Shown here one piece after another: positions 39,096-52,183 of a stretch of DNA of 64,000 nt. Source of the DNA: Amoebidium appalachense (taxonomy: Eukaryota; Protista; Ichthyosporea); the NCBI GenBank assembly GCA_963693365.1, contig CAVNZM010000003.1, positions 9,375,019-9,439,018 of the forward strand, read 5' to 3'. Each line of letters opens with the position of its first letter. Within the stretch, counting starts at the first letter, position 1. A program made the position numbers and the translations under genes. The notes below the pieces were generated by a model that saw nothing but the letters and a program-made list of their open reading frames with translations, searched no databases and was not told the DNA's origin.

Positions 39096-39254
39096 GTGCT
39101 GTGGACTGGCCGTCTGACCCGGCACGACTATGCTGCCTTTGTGGCCGACCTCTACTTCATTTATTCGTACGTCCCCCCCCGTCCCCCCCCCCCTCCCCCC
39201 CCCACCCCCCTCCCCTCCCCGCCGCCCCTCAGCCCCCTTGTTCACGCCTCCCTT

Positions 39255-39345
<91 letters not shown>

Positions 39346-39696
39346 GCGCACCGGCACATGCACACACACACACACACACACGGACGAACTCACCGAGACC
39401 TTTCTCTCTACCCTACCGTGTCCTTTTCGAATTTGCACCAACTAATCCTCCCCCCCCCCCCCCCCCCTCCCCCTCCTCCCCTCCTCCTCCACCCCCGCCC
39501 CCCCTCTCATGAAAGAAAGGTCGCAAACACATACATCCCTCCCCCCTCCCCCTCTGCCCCAGCCCGCAACCCCTTCACCTCCCACACGCCTATAAATATG
39601 GTACACACGCCCACCATTATCTGCCCACAAAGCCTAGCCAACACACATGCACACATACAAACATACCCCTCCCTCCCCCCTCCCCCCTCCTCTCCT

Positions 39697-39728
<32 letters not shown>

Positions 39729-40363
39729 CCCCCCCCACCCCCCCCCCCCCCCCCCCTCCTCCCTCACACACACAGGCACACATCCCCAATCCTTCCTCCC
39801 CCCCCCCCCCCCCCCCCACCCCCCCCCCCCCCCCCCCCCCACCCACCCACCCACACACATCACATTCTTTTCTTGTATACCCCTTCCTCATTAAAACCCT
39901 ATTTGTTTAACCCATCCCTATATCCAGGACGCTCGAGCGTGAGCTAGGACGGCATTCCGCCCACCCCTCCCTGTCCCCCATCCACCACCCAACCCATTTG
40001 GCCCGTGTGCCCGCCCTGATGTCCGACTGTGCATATTTCCATGGATCTGATTGGATCGCAACCATCCAACCATCGTGGGCCGCTGCCGAGTAAGGAATTC
40101 ACTGTTTGCACTCTTTTCACTCTCCACATTTGGCCCTTCCCCCCCCCCCCCCCCCCCTCTCTCGCCCCTCTCCCCCCTAGCCTGCCCTCTCCCCTCCCCC
40201 CCTCCCCCCCCCCCCCCCCCCCGGCCGCCGCTGCGGGGATGGGCCTTGGTTATGGTGCATCAGTCTTTGTGTGTACTTTTGCGAAATCTGCATGGGGTTG
40301 TCCGGCATGAATGTGTACGTCGTACTTTGCAACACCCTCCCCTCCCCACCCCCCCCACCACCA

Positions 40364-40439
<76 letters not shown>

Positions 40440-43400
40440 TTGTCCCGGCTTTCTAGATGAGAGGTGTTGAGTTCGTTGTGTGTTTATGCTCTGTGTCGGA
40501 TACACCATTCTTGCCGGATTCCACTCTCCAAAAAAAGCATAATGCATAATAACAGCACCATGAGTGGGGGGGGGGGGGGGGGGGGGGATATGAAAAAGAA
40601 TGGCAGGGAAGCCAGTGGCTGGGGAAGGGGGGCGCCAGGGAAGGAATGACGGGGATGTAATGGAGTAGTGATTGTGTGCAAGTGGGGGGAGAGGGGGGGG
40701 GGGGGGGGGAGGGGGGAGGGGAGGGGGGGAGGGGGGGTTGACGGTTCTATTCTAAGACAAAACTGCCACGTGATATTCTTTCCCCCATGTGTGTACCCCC
40801 ACTTTCTCTGACTGTTACCCATCACTATAATCCTATCCGTCTAACCTATCTATACCTCTTATCTTTGTAACACGACCCCGGTCATTGCCAATCGCTAGAT
40901 CTGTAATTAAGTTCATTACTCCCCCCCCCCCCCCCTCCCCCCCCCCCCCCCCCCACTCCCCCCTCCCCCCTCCCCCCTTCCCCCCTCCCTTCTCCCCCCC
41001 CCCCTCCCCCCCCCCCCCCCAGGTACATGGAGCATCTTGAGAGCATCAGCGAGTCTGCTCCCCACCTGCTGGTGGCCCACTGTGAGTGCTTCGATTGGCC
41101 CGTTAAATTTTAATAGTTTATATTAATTGGCTTTTCGTCATGCATGGCTCTTGGCCATGCTTGGCCATGCATGGGCGTGACATGGATGTAAAACCGGTTG
41201 CTGGTCTGCTTTTCTGGTGATGTTGGTTGGTGGGTAGTTGGTGGTGCCTGTTTTTCTTTGTGTGTGGGTGTGGGTGGGGGTGTGTTTGTGTGTTCGTGTG
41301 TTTGTGTGTGTAGTTTTTTGGTTAGGAAAGGGGGGGGGCGGGGGGCAGGGGGAGGGGGAGGGGGGGGGGGGGGGGAGAGGGGGGGGGGGGAGATAATAAC
41401 GAGGACAGATCCCGAGGGGTATGCAAGGTGGAAGCCCCTCTGGGGGGGGGGGGGGGGGAGGCGGAGGGGGCCGGGGGGGGGGGGGGGGGGGGGGAGGAGG
41501 GAGGCGGGTTATAGTTTTTTGTGCCTCTGTTTTGCTGTCGTTTTACAGCATTTAACACAAAACTGGCAGGATCCCCTCTCTATTTTCATTCTGTTGTCGA
41601 AAAGGCGTGTTTTATAGCCAGGAACCATTAAAGTTTAATATTGCAAGGCTCCCAAATCCACCGTGCATCGCTCTCACCTCTCTTGTCTCTCCGCAGCATA
41701 TGTGCGATATCTGGGCGACCTTTCAGGTAACAACCCCCCCCCCCCCCCCCCCCGCCCCCTCCCCGTCCCGCCTCCCCCCCTCCCCTCCCCCCCCCCCCCC
41801 CCCCCCCCCTTCTCCGTCCCTCCTCTTCCCCCTCACGCCGTTGAGGAATTAATTAAAATAGTTTCGCCTCTGCTCATAGCTTTCTTTCTTTCTTTTCTTT
41901 CCATTCGTTTACCAGTATCATTTCTACCCCCCCTACAAATATTTATGTTCCCCCCCCTGTTCATGTGTACTTCGTACTTTATGACGCATGTGAACCCCCC
42001 TCCCCCCTCCACCCACCCAACCCCCAGCCCCCCCCCCCTACCCCCCTATCTCCCACCCTTCTCTTGCCCCTCCCTCCCATCAGTTCTTTTATTCATACAC
42101 ATACACACAATTCACAAGTGATGGCTCACACACACTCAGTCCCCGCTCCCTCCCTCCCCCCCCCCCCCCCCCCCCAAAAAAAAAAGAACAAAAAAAAAAC
42201 CTCCCCCTCCCCCCTTCCCCTCACCCCTCCTTACGCCGGTCTCCGTTGCTTCTTTGCATCTCTCTCCCCATCTCACCCTCCTGTTTGTTCTTATCGCTCC
42301 TGAAAACTCTTTCTTTCGTTGGGTTTTTAGCATTGACTCAACCCCTTTTGGTATGTTTTCAGGTGGACAGATGATGGCTAAGAAGGTGAAGAAGGCGCTG
42401 GCGCTGGAGGGGGATGAAGGCAGGTGGCACAGTCAGACACGTGCATACACACATGCATGCACACACACACACACGTACACACATGCATGCACACACACAC
42501 ACACGTACACACATGCATGCACACACACACACACGTACACACATGCATGCACACACACACTTACACACATGCATGCACACACACACACGTACACACATGC
42601 ATGCACACACACACACACGTACACACATGCATGCACACACACACACACTTCCACACATGCATGCACACACACACACACGTACACACATGCACGCACACAC
42701 ACACACACGTACGCACATGCATGCACACACACACGTACACACATGCATGCACACACACACACACGTACACACATGCATGCACACACACACGTACACATAT
42801 GCATGCACACACGTACACACATGCATGCACACACACACGTACACACATGCATGCACACACACACACACGTACACACATGCATGCACACACACACACACGT
42901 ACACACATGCATGCACACACACACACACACGTACACACATGCATACACACACACACGTACACACATGCATGCACACACACACACACGTACACACATGCAT
43001 GCACACACACACACGTACACAGATGCATGCACACACACACACGTACACACATGCATGCACACACACACACGTACACACATGCATGCACACACACACGTAC
43101 ACACATGCATGCACACACACACGCACACACATGCATGCACACCTATGTACGCGTTTTGACACACGTATGCACGTATACATACTCCTGCACACACGCACAC
43201 ACACACACACACATGCACATGCACATGCCCTTCTATGCACTCACGTATGCACAACAGCATCACCAGTGCATGGCATCTATCAGAATAAACAATTTAGTGC
43301 CTGAGCTTTCTCATAAACCATTTTCCGGACATCCCCCCCCCTCCTCCCCTCCCCCCTTTTCCCCCCCCCTTCCCCCCCTCCCCCTCCCCCCCTCCCCCTC

Positions 43401-43481
43401 TCCCCCCCCCCCCCCCCCCGATGGCGATGAGGCCGACAACACTCCAACTTTTCACCCAACCAAACCTCAATCTCTCCTTGC

Positions 43482-43516
<35 letters not shown>

Positions 43517-44161
43517 ACCACCAAGAATCTATCGTCTCTTTTTACGTTACGTTTCACTGCCCAAAACATATGTACGAGAAAATTTGCTTTTTTGTATTGG
43601 TGACCCTTCCTTAATATAAAAAGGACGGGTTTTTGTGTTTTTATCTTTGTGGTCTTTTTGTTGTATTTGCTTCTATGGTTACCACCACTAACGCATACAT
43701 TCCTCCTGCTTCCTCCCCCCCCCCCTTCCTCCCCCCACTCCCCCCCCCCCCCCACCCCCGCTCCTTCCTCCCAACATACACACCCCCTCCCCCTCCCCCT
43801 CCCCCTCCCCCCCCCCCTGCCTTCCCCCCCCCCTCTCCCCTTCCCCTACACAGGAATTAAGTTTTTCCACTTCCCTGCCATCGAGGACATTTCAGCCTTC
43901 AAAGACGACTTCAGGTCTGCTCTCACCTCCCTCCCTCTTACTTCCGAAGAGAAAGGTACAGAGCAATTACACCCCCCCTCCCCCCCTCCCCCCCCCCCCC
44001 CCCCCCCCCCCCCCCTTCTCCCATCCTTCTCCCCCCCCCTCCCCCTCCCCCTTCCTCCCTCCCCTCCGCGCCCCCGCCATTCCCGCCCTTTTTGTTGCCC
44101 ACGGCCAAAACTACTCACTATTCGATGATCCGACCCTGTTTGATTACTAAATGCCCCCCTC

Positions 44162-44197
<36 letters not shown>

Positions 44198-45057
44198 TTC
44201 TTCCAAAAGTAAAAGGGCGCAAGGGGACCTCGGGAGAGGGGGATGGATGGATAAGAGGGGACGGGAGAAGTGGGGGGAGGGAATGAAGAAGATGAAGAAT
44301 AGAAGAAGAAAGGAGGGGAGGTTGGAGGGAAGGGGGTGGGGTGGGGTGGGGTGGGGGGGGGGGGGGAGGGGGGGACGAAAGAAGAACGGGAATTTCAGCT
44401 TTGGTTAATGAGCCCCCCCTTCCCCCCCCCCCCCCCTCCCCCTGTCTCCCTCCCCTCCCCCCCCCTCCCCCCCCCCCCCCCCCCCCCGCCCCCCACACAC
44501 ACGCCCTCCCCAAACAACCACCCCAACCATCCATACATCCCCGACAAACCCAGTCGATCACATGTATGAGAGCGCCACTACCTTTCACCGATCCGTTTTT
44601 CATTTCCCCTTTTTGTATTTTTCCCTTTTGCATTTTTCCCTATTCCTAGTTAGTAGCTAAGGGGAAAGATGGTGATATGTGACCTATCGCATCACGTTTT
44701 TACCAGCCAACATATTAAAGATATCTAAATCACGTGCAACCTTCCTAATTTGGACGTACGTCCGCAGATGAAGTGGTAGCCGAAGCGAAGAAAGCCTTTT
44801 CTTTAACTGCGGGGGTGTTCAACGAGCATGCGGGGGAGGACACGGCAGCCCAGCCACCTGTCCCAGTCAAGCCGTCAGTTAAAAAAAATCCGGCATCTAC
44901 AAATTTAAAGGGAATGGACGAATCAGGAGTGGTGGATGTGGTGAGGTCTGATGAGGAAGAGGGTACATCCGTTAAAGAAAATGGGATTAAAGAAAACGAG
45001 GTGTCTGTGGTGGGCAAAATCGTGCAGAGGGTGATGAATATATTTAGTGCACAGTGA
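37800..45057 (+). CDS. Heme oxygenase (8 coding exons)
   Basis: Exons 37800-37876, 39095-39166, 39928-40089, 41023-41081, 41697-41726, 42363-42419, 43854-43955 and 44768-45057 join in frame. Motifs: LKEETHVEHRQAE (proximal His region), LYFIYSTLE, LLVAHSYVRYLGDLSGGQ (HO signature) and EVVAEAKKAF. The start could extend into an upstream exon. Confidence 0.93.
42435..43225. repeat. ~28-30-bp minisatellite ACACATGCATGC(AC)nGTAC in a heme oxygenase intron
   Basis: More than 20 tandem units with variable CA number. Confidence 0.9.
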
Positions 45058-45242
45058 TTTTGGTCCAATCAAACAACTACTTCAGATTTTATTGGTCTAG
45101 TGTCATGTTCTTCGTTACTTTCCTTCTTAGCATATCCTCTCCCTTTCGGACGCTCTTTCCCCCCCTCCCCCCCCCCCCCCCCCCCCCCCCCCACACACAC
45201 ATACACACACGTGCGCTCACTCACCGTTGCACACTCTCACTT

Positions 45243-45316
<74 letters not shown>

Positions 45317-45913
45317 GGTTCCCCGTCTCTCTATTTCGTTTTAAGCCAATTGTGTGCCACCGTTGATTTTGCTTTGTGAATGTCGCGTGGTCAGTGTACC
45401 ACCACAATCGTGAATGAACCGTCTGTGAATAGCCTTTTATGGTATATCTGAAAGAATTTGGTGGTGGTGATGGTGGTGGTGGTAGTTATTGTGGGATTAA
45501 ATGACTAAGTAGTGTGGGCTTTGCTATGACAAAAAAAAAAGGTGGTTATAGTAGGAGTATTGTGCTGCTAGTGTCAGCAGAAATTTTGTTGGCAACAATT
45601 GCAGCTTGATTGATTTTTTGATGGTATGTTAAATGAAAATGTAACATGTGCTTAAGGTTATGAAGTGTTTCGAGATGTCGATCTGGATTTTTGATTGGCC
45701 GCCACTGCATGGACAGGGAATGTATTATGTATATCTTATGCGAATGCGAATAAAGCGCTGTGATGCCAATGGGGTTTAAACTAATACCGTGATTTCACGG
45801 GCATGGAGGGCCACTAATTGGTTTTGAATTTTATAAAGTTTTTTTTCGTTTCAAAAGTTTTCTCTTTTCTTTTGTTCCGAAAGTTTTTTTTTTTTTTGGG
45901 GGGGGGGGGGGGT

Positions 45914-45955
<42 letters not shown>

Positions 45956-45974
45956 TATGTGTGTGTGTGTGTAC

Positions 45975-46083
<109 letters not shown>

Positions 46084-46101
46084 CACGTGTGTGTGCGCGC
46101 A

Positions 46102-46136
<35 letters not shown>

Positions 46137-46161
46137 TGGTGGTGGTGATGGTGGTGGGGAA

Positions 46162-46212
<51 letters not shown>

Positions 46213-46736
46213 GTTTGCTCCATGTATCCTTAGTTTTTTTCCTGACTAGCCGAATCAGACCCTACAATATCCATTCATTAGAGTGCAGCCCCCAGTGCAG
46301 TCCCCATTCTCCCACTCCCCCCCCCATTGCAAATCCCCTCCTCCCTGAATTCGGTATCAAGCACTTGGGTGCATGCTTGTGTATCTTTGTGCGTGTAGTT
46401 CTGGTTTCTTAGGTCCCCCCCTCCCCCCCCCCTCTTTTCCGTACCGCCCCAAACCAACCAACCCAACGTTGCCAAAGGAAAAAAAAAGAGTAAAAAAGAA
46501 AGGTGTGGGGGGGGGGGGGGGGGGGGGGGGGGGGATGGGGTTGCGTTCGGGAGGCCCGCCCCAACCAACCAATCCAAACAGAAAGAACTTCGCAGAAGGG
46601 GGGGGGGGGGGGGGGGGGGGGGGGAGAGGGAGGGGGAGGGGATGGGAGGGTCCTTCGAAGAAGGGTTTGGGGGCGGGTAGGAGGTGTTCATGTGTTCATG
46701 TGTTCATGTGTTCATGTGTGTGTGTGTGTGTGTGTG

Positions 46737-46771
<35 letters not shown>

Positions 46772-46922
46772 GGGGGGGTAAAAGTGGGGAAGGCGGGGCA
46801 TGCACAGGGGAAGGGGCAAATGCAATAGGTATTGTGGAAAACTGAACCTGTGTACAAGAGGACGACTTCTTCCCAGAACTGGTGGCTCTAACCCAACGGT
46901 ATACTTACCACGACCAATGATT

Positions 46923-46964
<42 letters not shown>

Positions 46965-47000
46965 AATGTGGCAGTAGTAAGGCCCGAACGAAGTACTGAT

Positions 47001-47037
<37 letters not shown>

Positions 47038-47506
47038 GGTTGCAGCTGGAAAAAGGGAACCCGGGAAATGGCTTGAAAAGGTTTGCTTTAATCATCAGAA
47101 AATGATTTCTCAACACTAAAGAAGAACAAGTACTAAGTGGCATGCTTGTTGCCAAAATGGACATCCGGTTGTCCGACTGTGCCTCAGACAGCACAGAATG
47201 CCGACACTATATGTATGTTCATATAATTTTGTTGGGCAAGCCATGTACAGGCATTCAATTTTGAACATGCATAAAAGTCAAAGCCCGATGGCTTTTCCCT
47301 ATGTGTAAATACAATATGTGTAAATACAATCAACAACATATATTAGATATGCACCATGACCCTAGTTGGAACCACTACGTGCTATGGACAGTTGTTTCTG
47401 CTCAGTATATAAGTTGCCCTGATCACGTCACTGTATAAGTGATTACTTAAATCCGGAGAGAAAACACACAAGACATGACCTCGTGCACAGTACATCTTGC
47501 ACCAAA

Positions 47507-48514
47507 TCACTGTGTGCCCATGTTCTGACACATGACATAAAGACTGTTGGACCTATTCTGCTCGCACCATCTCTCAACGCTGATACTCTGTGCACACGCC
47601 AAGCAGGCAGGGGTCATTGCCATGCAGCACATCTTGTCTGCGGGTGCGGTGTCAGTGGGCCGAAGAGATGAAGCCGCGGCGGCAATGTCAGTGGCGGCGG
47701 TCTCCACCGGGGTAGCAGTAGCAGCAGCAGTGGTGGTTGCAGGCATGATTGCCTGATCTTGGCACAGATAGCCGTTTGGTTTGTCGATGCTTGCGGCACA
47801 CCATTCCTGTTCCGTGACACCCTCGACACAGGACAAACACTCGGGGCTGAATACCTTGCAGCAGCTGCTTTTCTCTGCGGGTGCCTGGCTATCGCACATC
47901 TTACCAAGCTCAGTATCCTTGTTTTCGTTGCACCATTTCTTCTCGGATTGACCCGCGGCGCAGGCAAGGCACGAGGGGGTCATAGCCAGACAGCAGGCCT
48001 TAGGGTTATCCACGGGTTCACACATGCTATTGTCCTTGTTTTCGGGTAGCGCACACCATTCTTCACCCGTTAGGCCCATCATGCACCCGAGGCATGTCGG
48101 TGACATCGCCGCGCAACATGCTTGTAGCATGGGTTCGCTGGCTGCTGTTGTCGCCGCCGCCGCCGCGGTACCGGCGAAAACGGCAACAGCTGGGGTAGAG
48201 GCAGCCGAAGGGATGATCTCCTTCTGGTATAGTGCACAATCAGGTGCCAACTTGGGTGAATCTTTGCAGAATTGGAACGGTGTAACACCGGCAGCACACG
48301 CGAGGCACTCGGCCATGCGCGCTTTGCAGCACTTGCGGGGCCCGGTGGTGGTGATGGGTGTGGCACCGGCTGTGACAGTTTGGATGCTGGTGACAGTTAC
48401 GAGCGCAGGCGCTGATTGGGGGGCAATGGCTTCAAACGCAGCCGTAGTTTCTGTTGGCGCCGCTGCGGCTGTTGCTGCGAATAAGAGCAGAGCGGAGAGA
48501 CATTTGGGTACCAT
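47507..48514 (-). CDS. Secreted cysteine-repeat protein (335 aa, intronless)
   Basis: ATG-initiated ORF with a hydrophobic signal-like N-terminus (LSALLLFAATAAAAP). Five CC-x5-CL-x-C-x2-(G/S)-x5-(W/F)C-x8-11-C repeats are separated by Ala/Thr/Pro-rich linkers. Confidence 0.88.
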   Translation of the reverse strand: MVPKCLSALLLFAATAAAAPTETTAAFEAIAPQSAPALVTVTSIQTVTAGATPITTTGPRKCCKARMAECLACAAGVTPFQFCKDSPKLAPDCALYQKEIIPSAASTPAVAVFAGTAAAAATTAASEPMLQACCAAMSPTCLGCMMGLTGEEWCALPENKDNSMCEPVDNPKACCLAMTPSCLACAAGQSEKKWCNENKDTELGKMCDSQAPAEKSSCCKVFSPECLSCVEGVTEQEWCAASIDKPNGYLCQDQAIMPATTTAAATATPVETAATDIAAAASSLRPTDTAPADKMCCMAMTPACLACAQSISVERWCEQNRSNSLYVMCQNMGTQ

Positions 48515-48659
48515 TTTAGCGGTTGAGTGGTATGCAAACTAGGAGATGGGAGAAGAAGGATAAGTGTTCAAACAAAGGATGGTGTTTGCTTTTGTAAGCA
48601 TGGGTAGGCGAGCTGTCGAGTGCTCTGGCTAAAAAAATGAAGCGATTGGTGACGATGAA

Positions 48660-48780
48660 TGCGGCTTTATAGTCGTGGGTTCAACTGCACAACGGATAAA
48701 ATCCGTAAACTTAGCCAATCACAACTAGGAAAGTCGAGATGTCCTTGGGTGTAGACCCTAACAGCAGCCAATCAAAAGCG
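48660..48780 (-). promoter_or_regulatory. Putative TATA/CCAAT promoter of the Cys-repeat gene
   Basis: Minus-strand TATAAA at ~48666-48671, about 150 bp upstream of the ATG. AGCCAATCA boxes at ~48713 and ~48767. Confidence 0.4.
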
Positions 48781-49617
48781 TTGCTGTTTTCATAAAAGCG
48801 GCTTCAAAGTTGGCCAAAGAAGAAGGTTCGTGACACAAATGCTTGAATACAAAGTTCCTCTTGATTAAAAACATTAGGAAAAATGGACAAATTGTTTTCT
48901 TAATTCACAAAGAAGCAAAATATTTCAAGTAGTCACCAGTGCAAATCTGCCCCTTCTCATATCATTTTTGATTCGCTTAGCCAGCACTATTTACAGACTC
49001 TTGCTCTGGGGCTGATTTCAATAAAATACATGAGGCACTCAAAAGCTAAACATCGCCTACTCTCAGAGTTTAGATAACAAAAATCTAGAAACACAGTTAA
49101 GCAAATAAAAAAATATTAGTTCCTATATTCTTAAGAAAAATAAACTCTTTGCCCACTAAATTAGTAAATGCAAAGGGAAAAATGGATATGGCTTTTTGAA
49201 AAAGCACCCATTTTAGGGGGTATTGGGGGATACAGCGTTCATCGCAATGGAATGTGGCCACTTTGCGGGTCTCTGACGGGCCTGGAAACGGAGGAGTGCA
49301 GATCGGAATGCAAAAATGGAACCGGCTGGGTTGGACTAAGATTCGATCCAAGTATTGAATCCAAGTTGCCAGGTACCAGTATAGTCGACTCAGCGCTGTG
49401 AAAGAAACTTCGTTATACAAGTATACAAGTCACAACGGTTGTGTTTTCATAATATGTACACACAAATACACACGCACGCACGCACACACACACAGAGAGA
49501 TTGGCCGTGGAGCTGGTGTGGTTACATACATGTGCCATCCGGGGGGTTTAGAAAAGATGGTGAAGTTCAACGGTTGTTCCCAAGGCCCTATTAGCTAACG
49601 GTTTGGGGCGGAGGGGG

Positions 49618-49651
<34 letters not shown>

Positions 49652-52078
49652 TGGCGCACACAATCTCACGTGTATATACACATACAAACAAGTATGTCCA
49701 CGCTCTCACTCTGGAGTCAGGGGAGAGACAGAACACAGTCTGTGGTATCTACACCGTAAGTTACACAAATGCTCCGGCACCAAGTGACTGCACCGACCAC
49801 ACGCTACTTTGCACGTACGCTACCAAAACACTGGGGCACAAGTCACACGCCCACTGTGACTCGCAGCACACGCGTGCACGTGCACACACACCGCCCATGA
49901 CACACGCGCGCACAAAGAGCACCATGGAGCAGCCTAAAACACAAGAACTTTTTCCGCACGACTTTTGTACAACTATGCTGAACTTCGCTGGCAGATGGGG
50001 AGAAGAGATGAAGAGGTGCGCACCTACAAGCACTTACACAACACCGACGACACGCAACCATCTAGTGTTTACATAACACGGTAACGAAAACGTAAACAAC
50101 CGCTCAGCTACGAACTACGCGATTGGCCAATTTGCCCGCCAAAACCAGCCTGTTACTATTTTCGGAACAGGCCTCTCATTTTTGATGCTATTTTCGGAAA
50201 AGCTGGAATCGGCGATCATTTCGGGTCAGGCTGGAGTAAGCCTGCCCCGGAACTCAGCTTCAGATCGTGACGCATACGTTTCCAGGCCCGTCAGAGTAGG
50301 AGGCCTTGGACCAAGGCCTTCCCCGTGAACCATCTTTCCCACAGAAACCACCACGCGAGGTGAGGCGTGAAAACGTGCACAGCTGTGCGTGTGTAGAGTC
50401 CGTACGTGTGGGTGTGCGTGTGCCACACCACACCTAAGAGCCACACGAGGGAGGGAACAGTGTCCTCCTACATATGTCCCTGGTTTCTCCCGGTTGATGA
50501 ACCAACGTAATAAAGCTAGCCCAGCAGGCGGCCTTCGATACGTAAAACACTATTAACACTCGCACAACGTCACGTTGCAAACACATTGGGTGTATATACA
50601 CAAGCGTCTTTATCATGACCTTGACGCAAACCTGAAAGTTACACACGTGCGCGTGCAAGAAAAAAAAGACAGCATGCACTTACCTAGTCGCCACGTCAGA
50701 GTACGTAATGTACGTACAAGCGGGCGCACAATTTCACACCTTCCTGTTCATAGCCACCGTCGCGCCCGACGAAGTTCTTCACATATGCATGCAGTGACGC
50801 ACACAGGTGTCACCGTTACCACCCCCTCTCCCCCCTCCCTCACTCCTTCATAAATCCTCTCCCCACCCCCCCCCCTCCCCTCCCTCCTTCCCCCGGCCCC
50901 AAAACAGCAAAATATTGAACGTTCGCCTGAGAGCCGCCCCCACAGCACCTTTGCAAACCATGTTTTTATAAGCTAGCAGTGTCTTTGGTATGAAATGCTC
51001 CGGAACCTTGACAACCAAGGGAAATTGCCACAATCATCGCTGAAGATCTAAAATACCCGAAGTATATACACTCAACGGTTTTTTTTACGTCTTTGCAGGA
51101 GTCGCTCATGGCCTAAGTGGCATACTTATGCACGGTAGGGCCCTTCGTGAATGTATATGTATGCATGTGTTTGCGTTTACAAACGTATGAATCATCCCCC
51201 TGCACGTGCTCAGTATGTTTTGTGCATGCAAGTTGGCACGTGTGTGCAGATGCGACTTTGTTGTCTTAATTTGCACGCTAAGCTTTAAATGCACTCGTTG
51301 TGTGTATATATGGTGCATTTTGCCTCCTTGTGCATGTGTGTGGCCTTTGCACAATGTATACATGGTTGTGTGAATGTGTTTTGGGTTGTGTGCCGTTCGA
51401 GGTTGGTCAACAGTTGGGGCAGTCGCGCTTACTATAGTTCACAATTTATCGCACTTTTAGGTAATAGTTGGCCAAGGCAAAATGAACGCTGAGCTTGCAC
51501 ATGGCTTGTTGTGATGACGAATGGAGAGAAGAGGGGGGGAGCATTACAGGTGAGTGCGTGGGGTATCATGGACAAATGAAGGATCATCCGGTTGTGGCCG
51601 AGGATTGGAAAGGTCGGCAACCAACCAACAGCTGGCAAGAGAGGGAGGAGTGGGGAGACACGGGGGGAGGGGGGCCGCGAGGGGGGGGGGGGGGGGGGGG
51701 GGGTGGGGGGGAGGGGGGGGGGGGGGAAGAGAGGGGAAGGGGGGCACTACTATGGGGCGCGGCGGAAAGGCAACACGGATGTCGATAGTGTATGCAAACA
51801 ACCCAAGAAGCTACGCTGGCTTGTTCAAGGTTGGATGCTTGGTTAGGGCTTCTGCCTATGCATGCAGCAACGAGCGTAGCAACGTGGCCATTCTAGCCTC
51901 GTCTCTCGAACCACCAGGTTTATGCATCACAAGACGCTGCACCTAAACCCATGCAGCATGACTACGTGTTAGGTCTTTTGGTGGTGTTTCCATGAAATAG
52001 TAATCTATGTTTGAACATGTTATCCCAATTCTACCCTCCCCCCCCCCCCCCCCTCTCCCCCCCTTCCCACCTCCCCCC

Positions 52079-52183
<105 letters not shown>

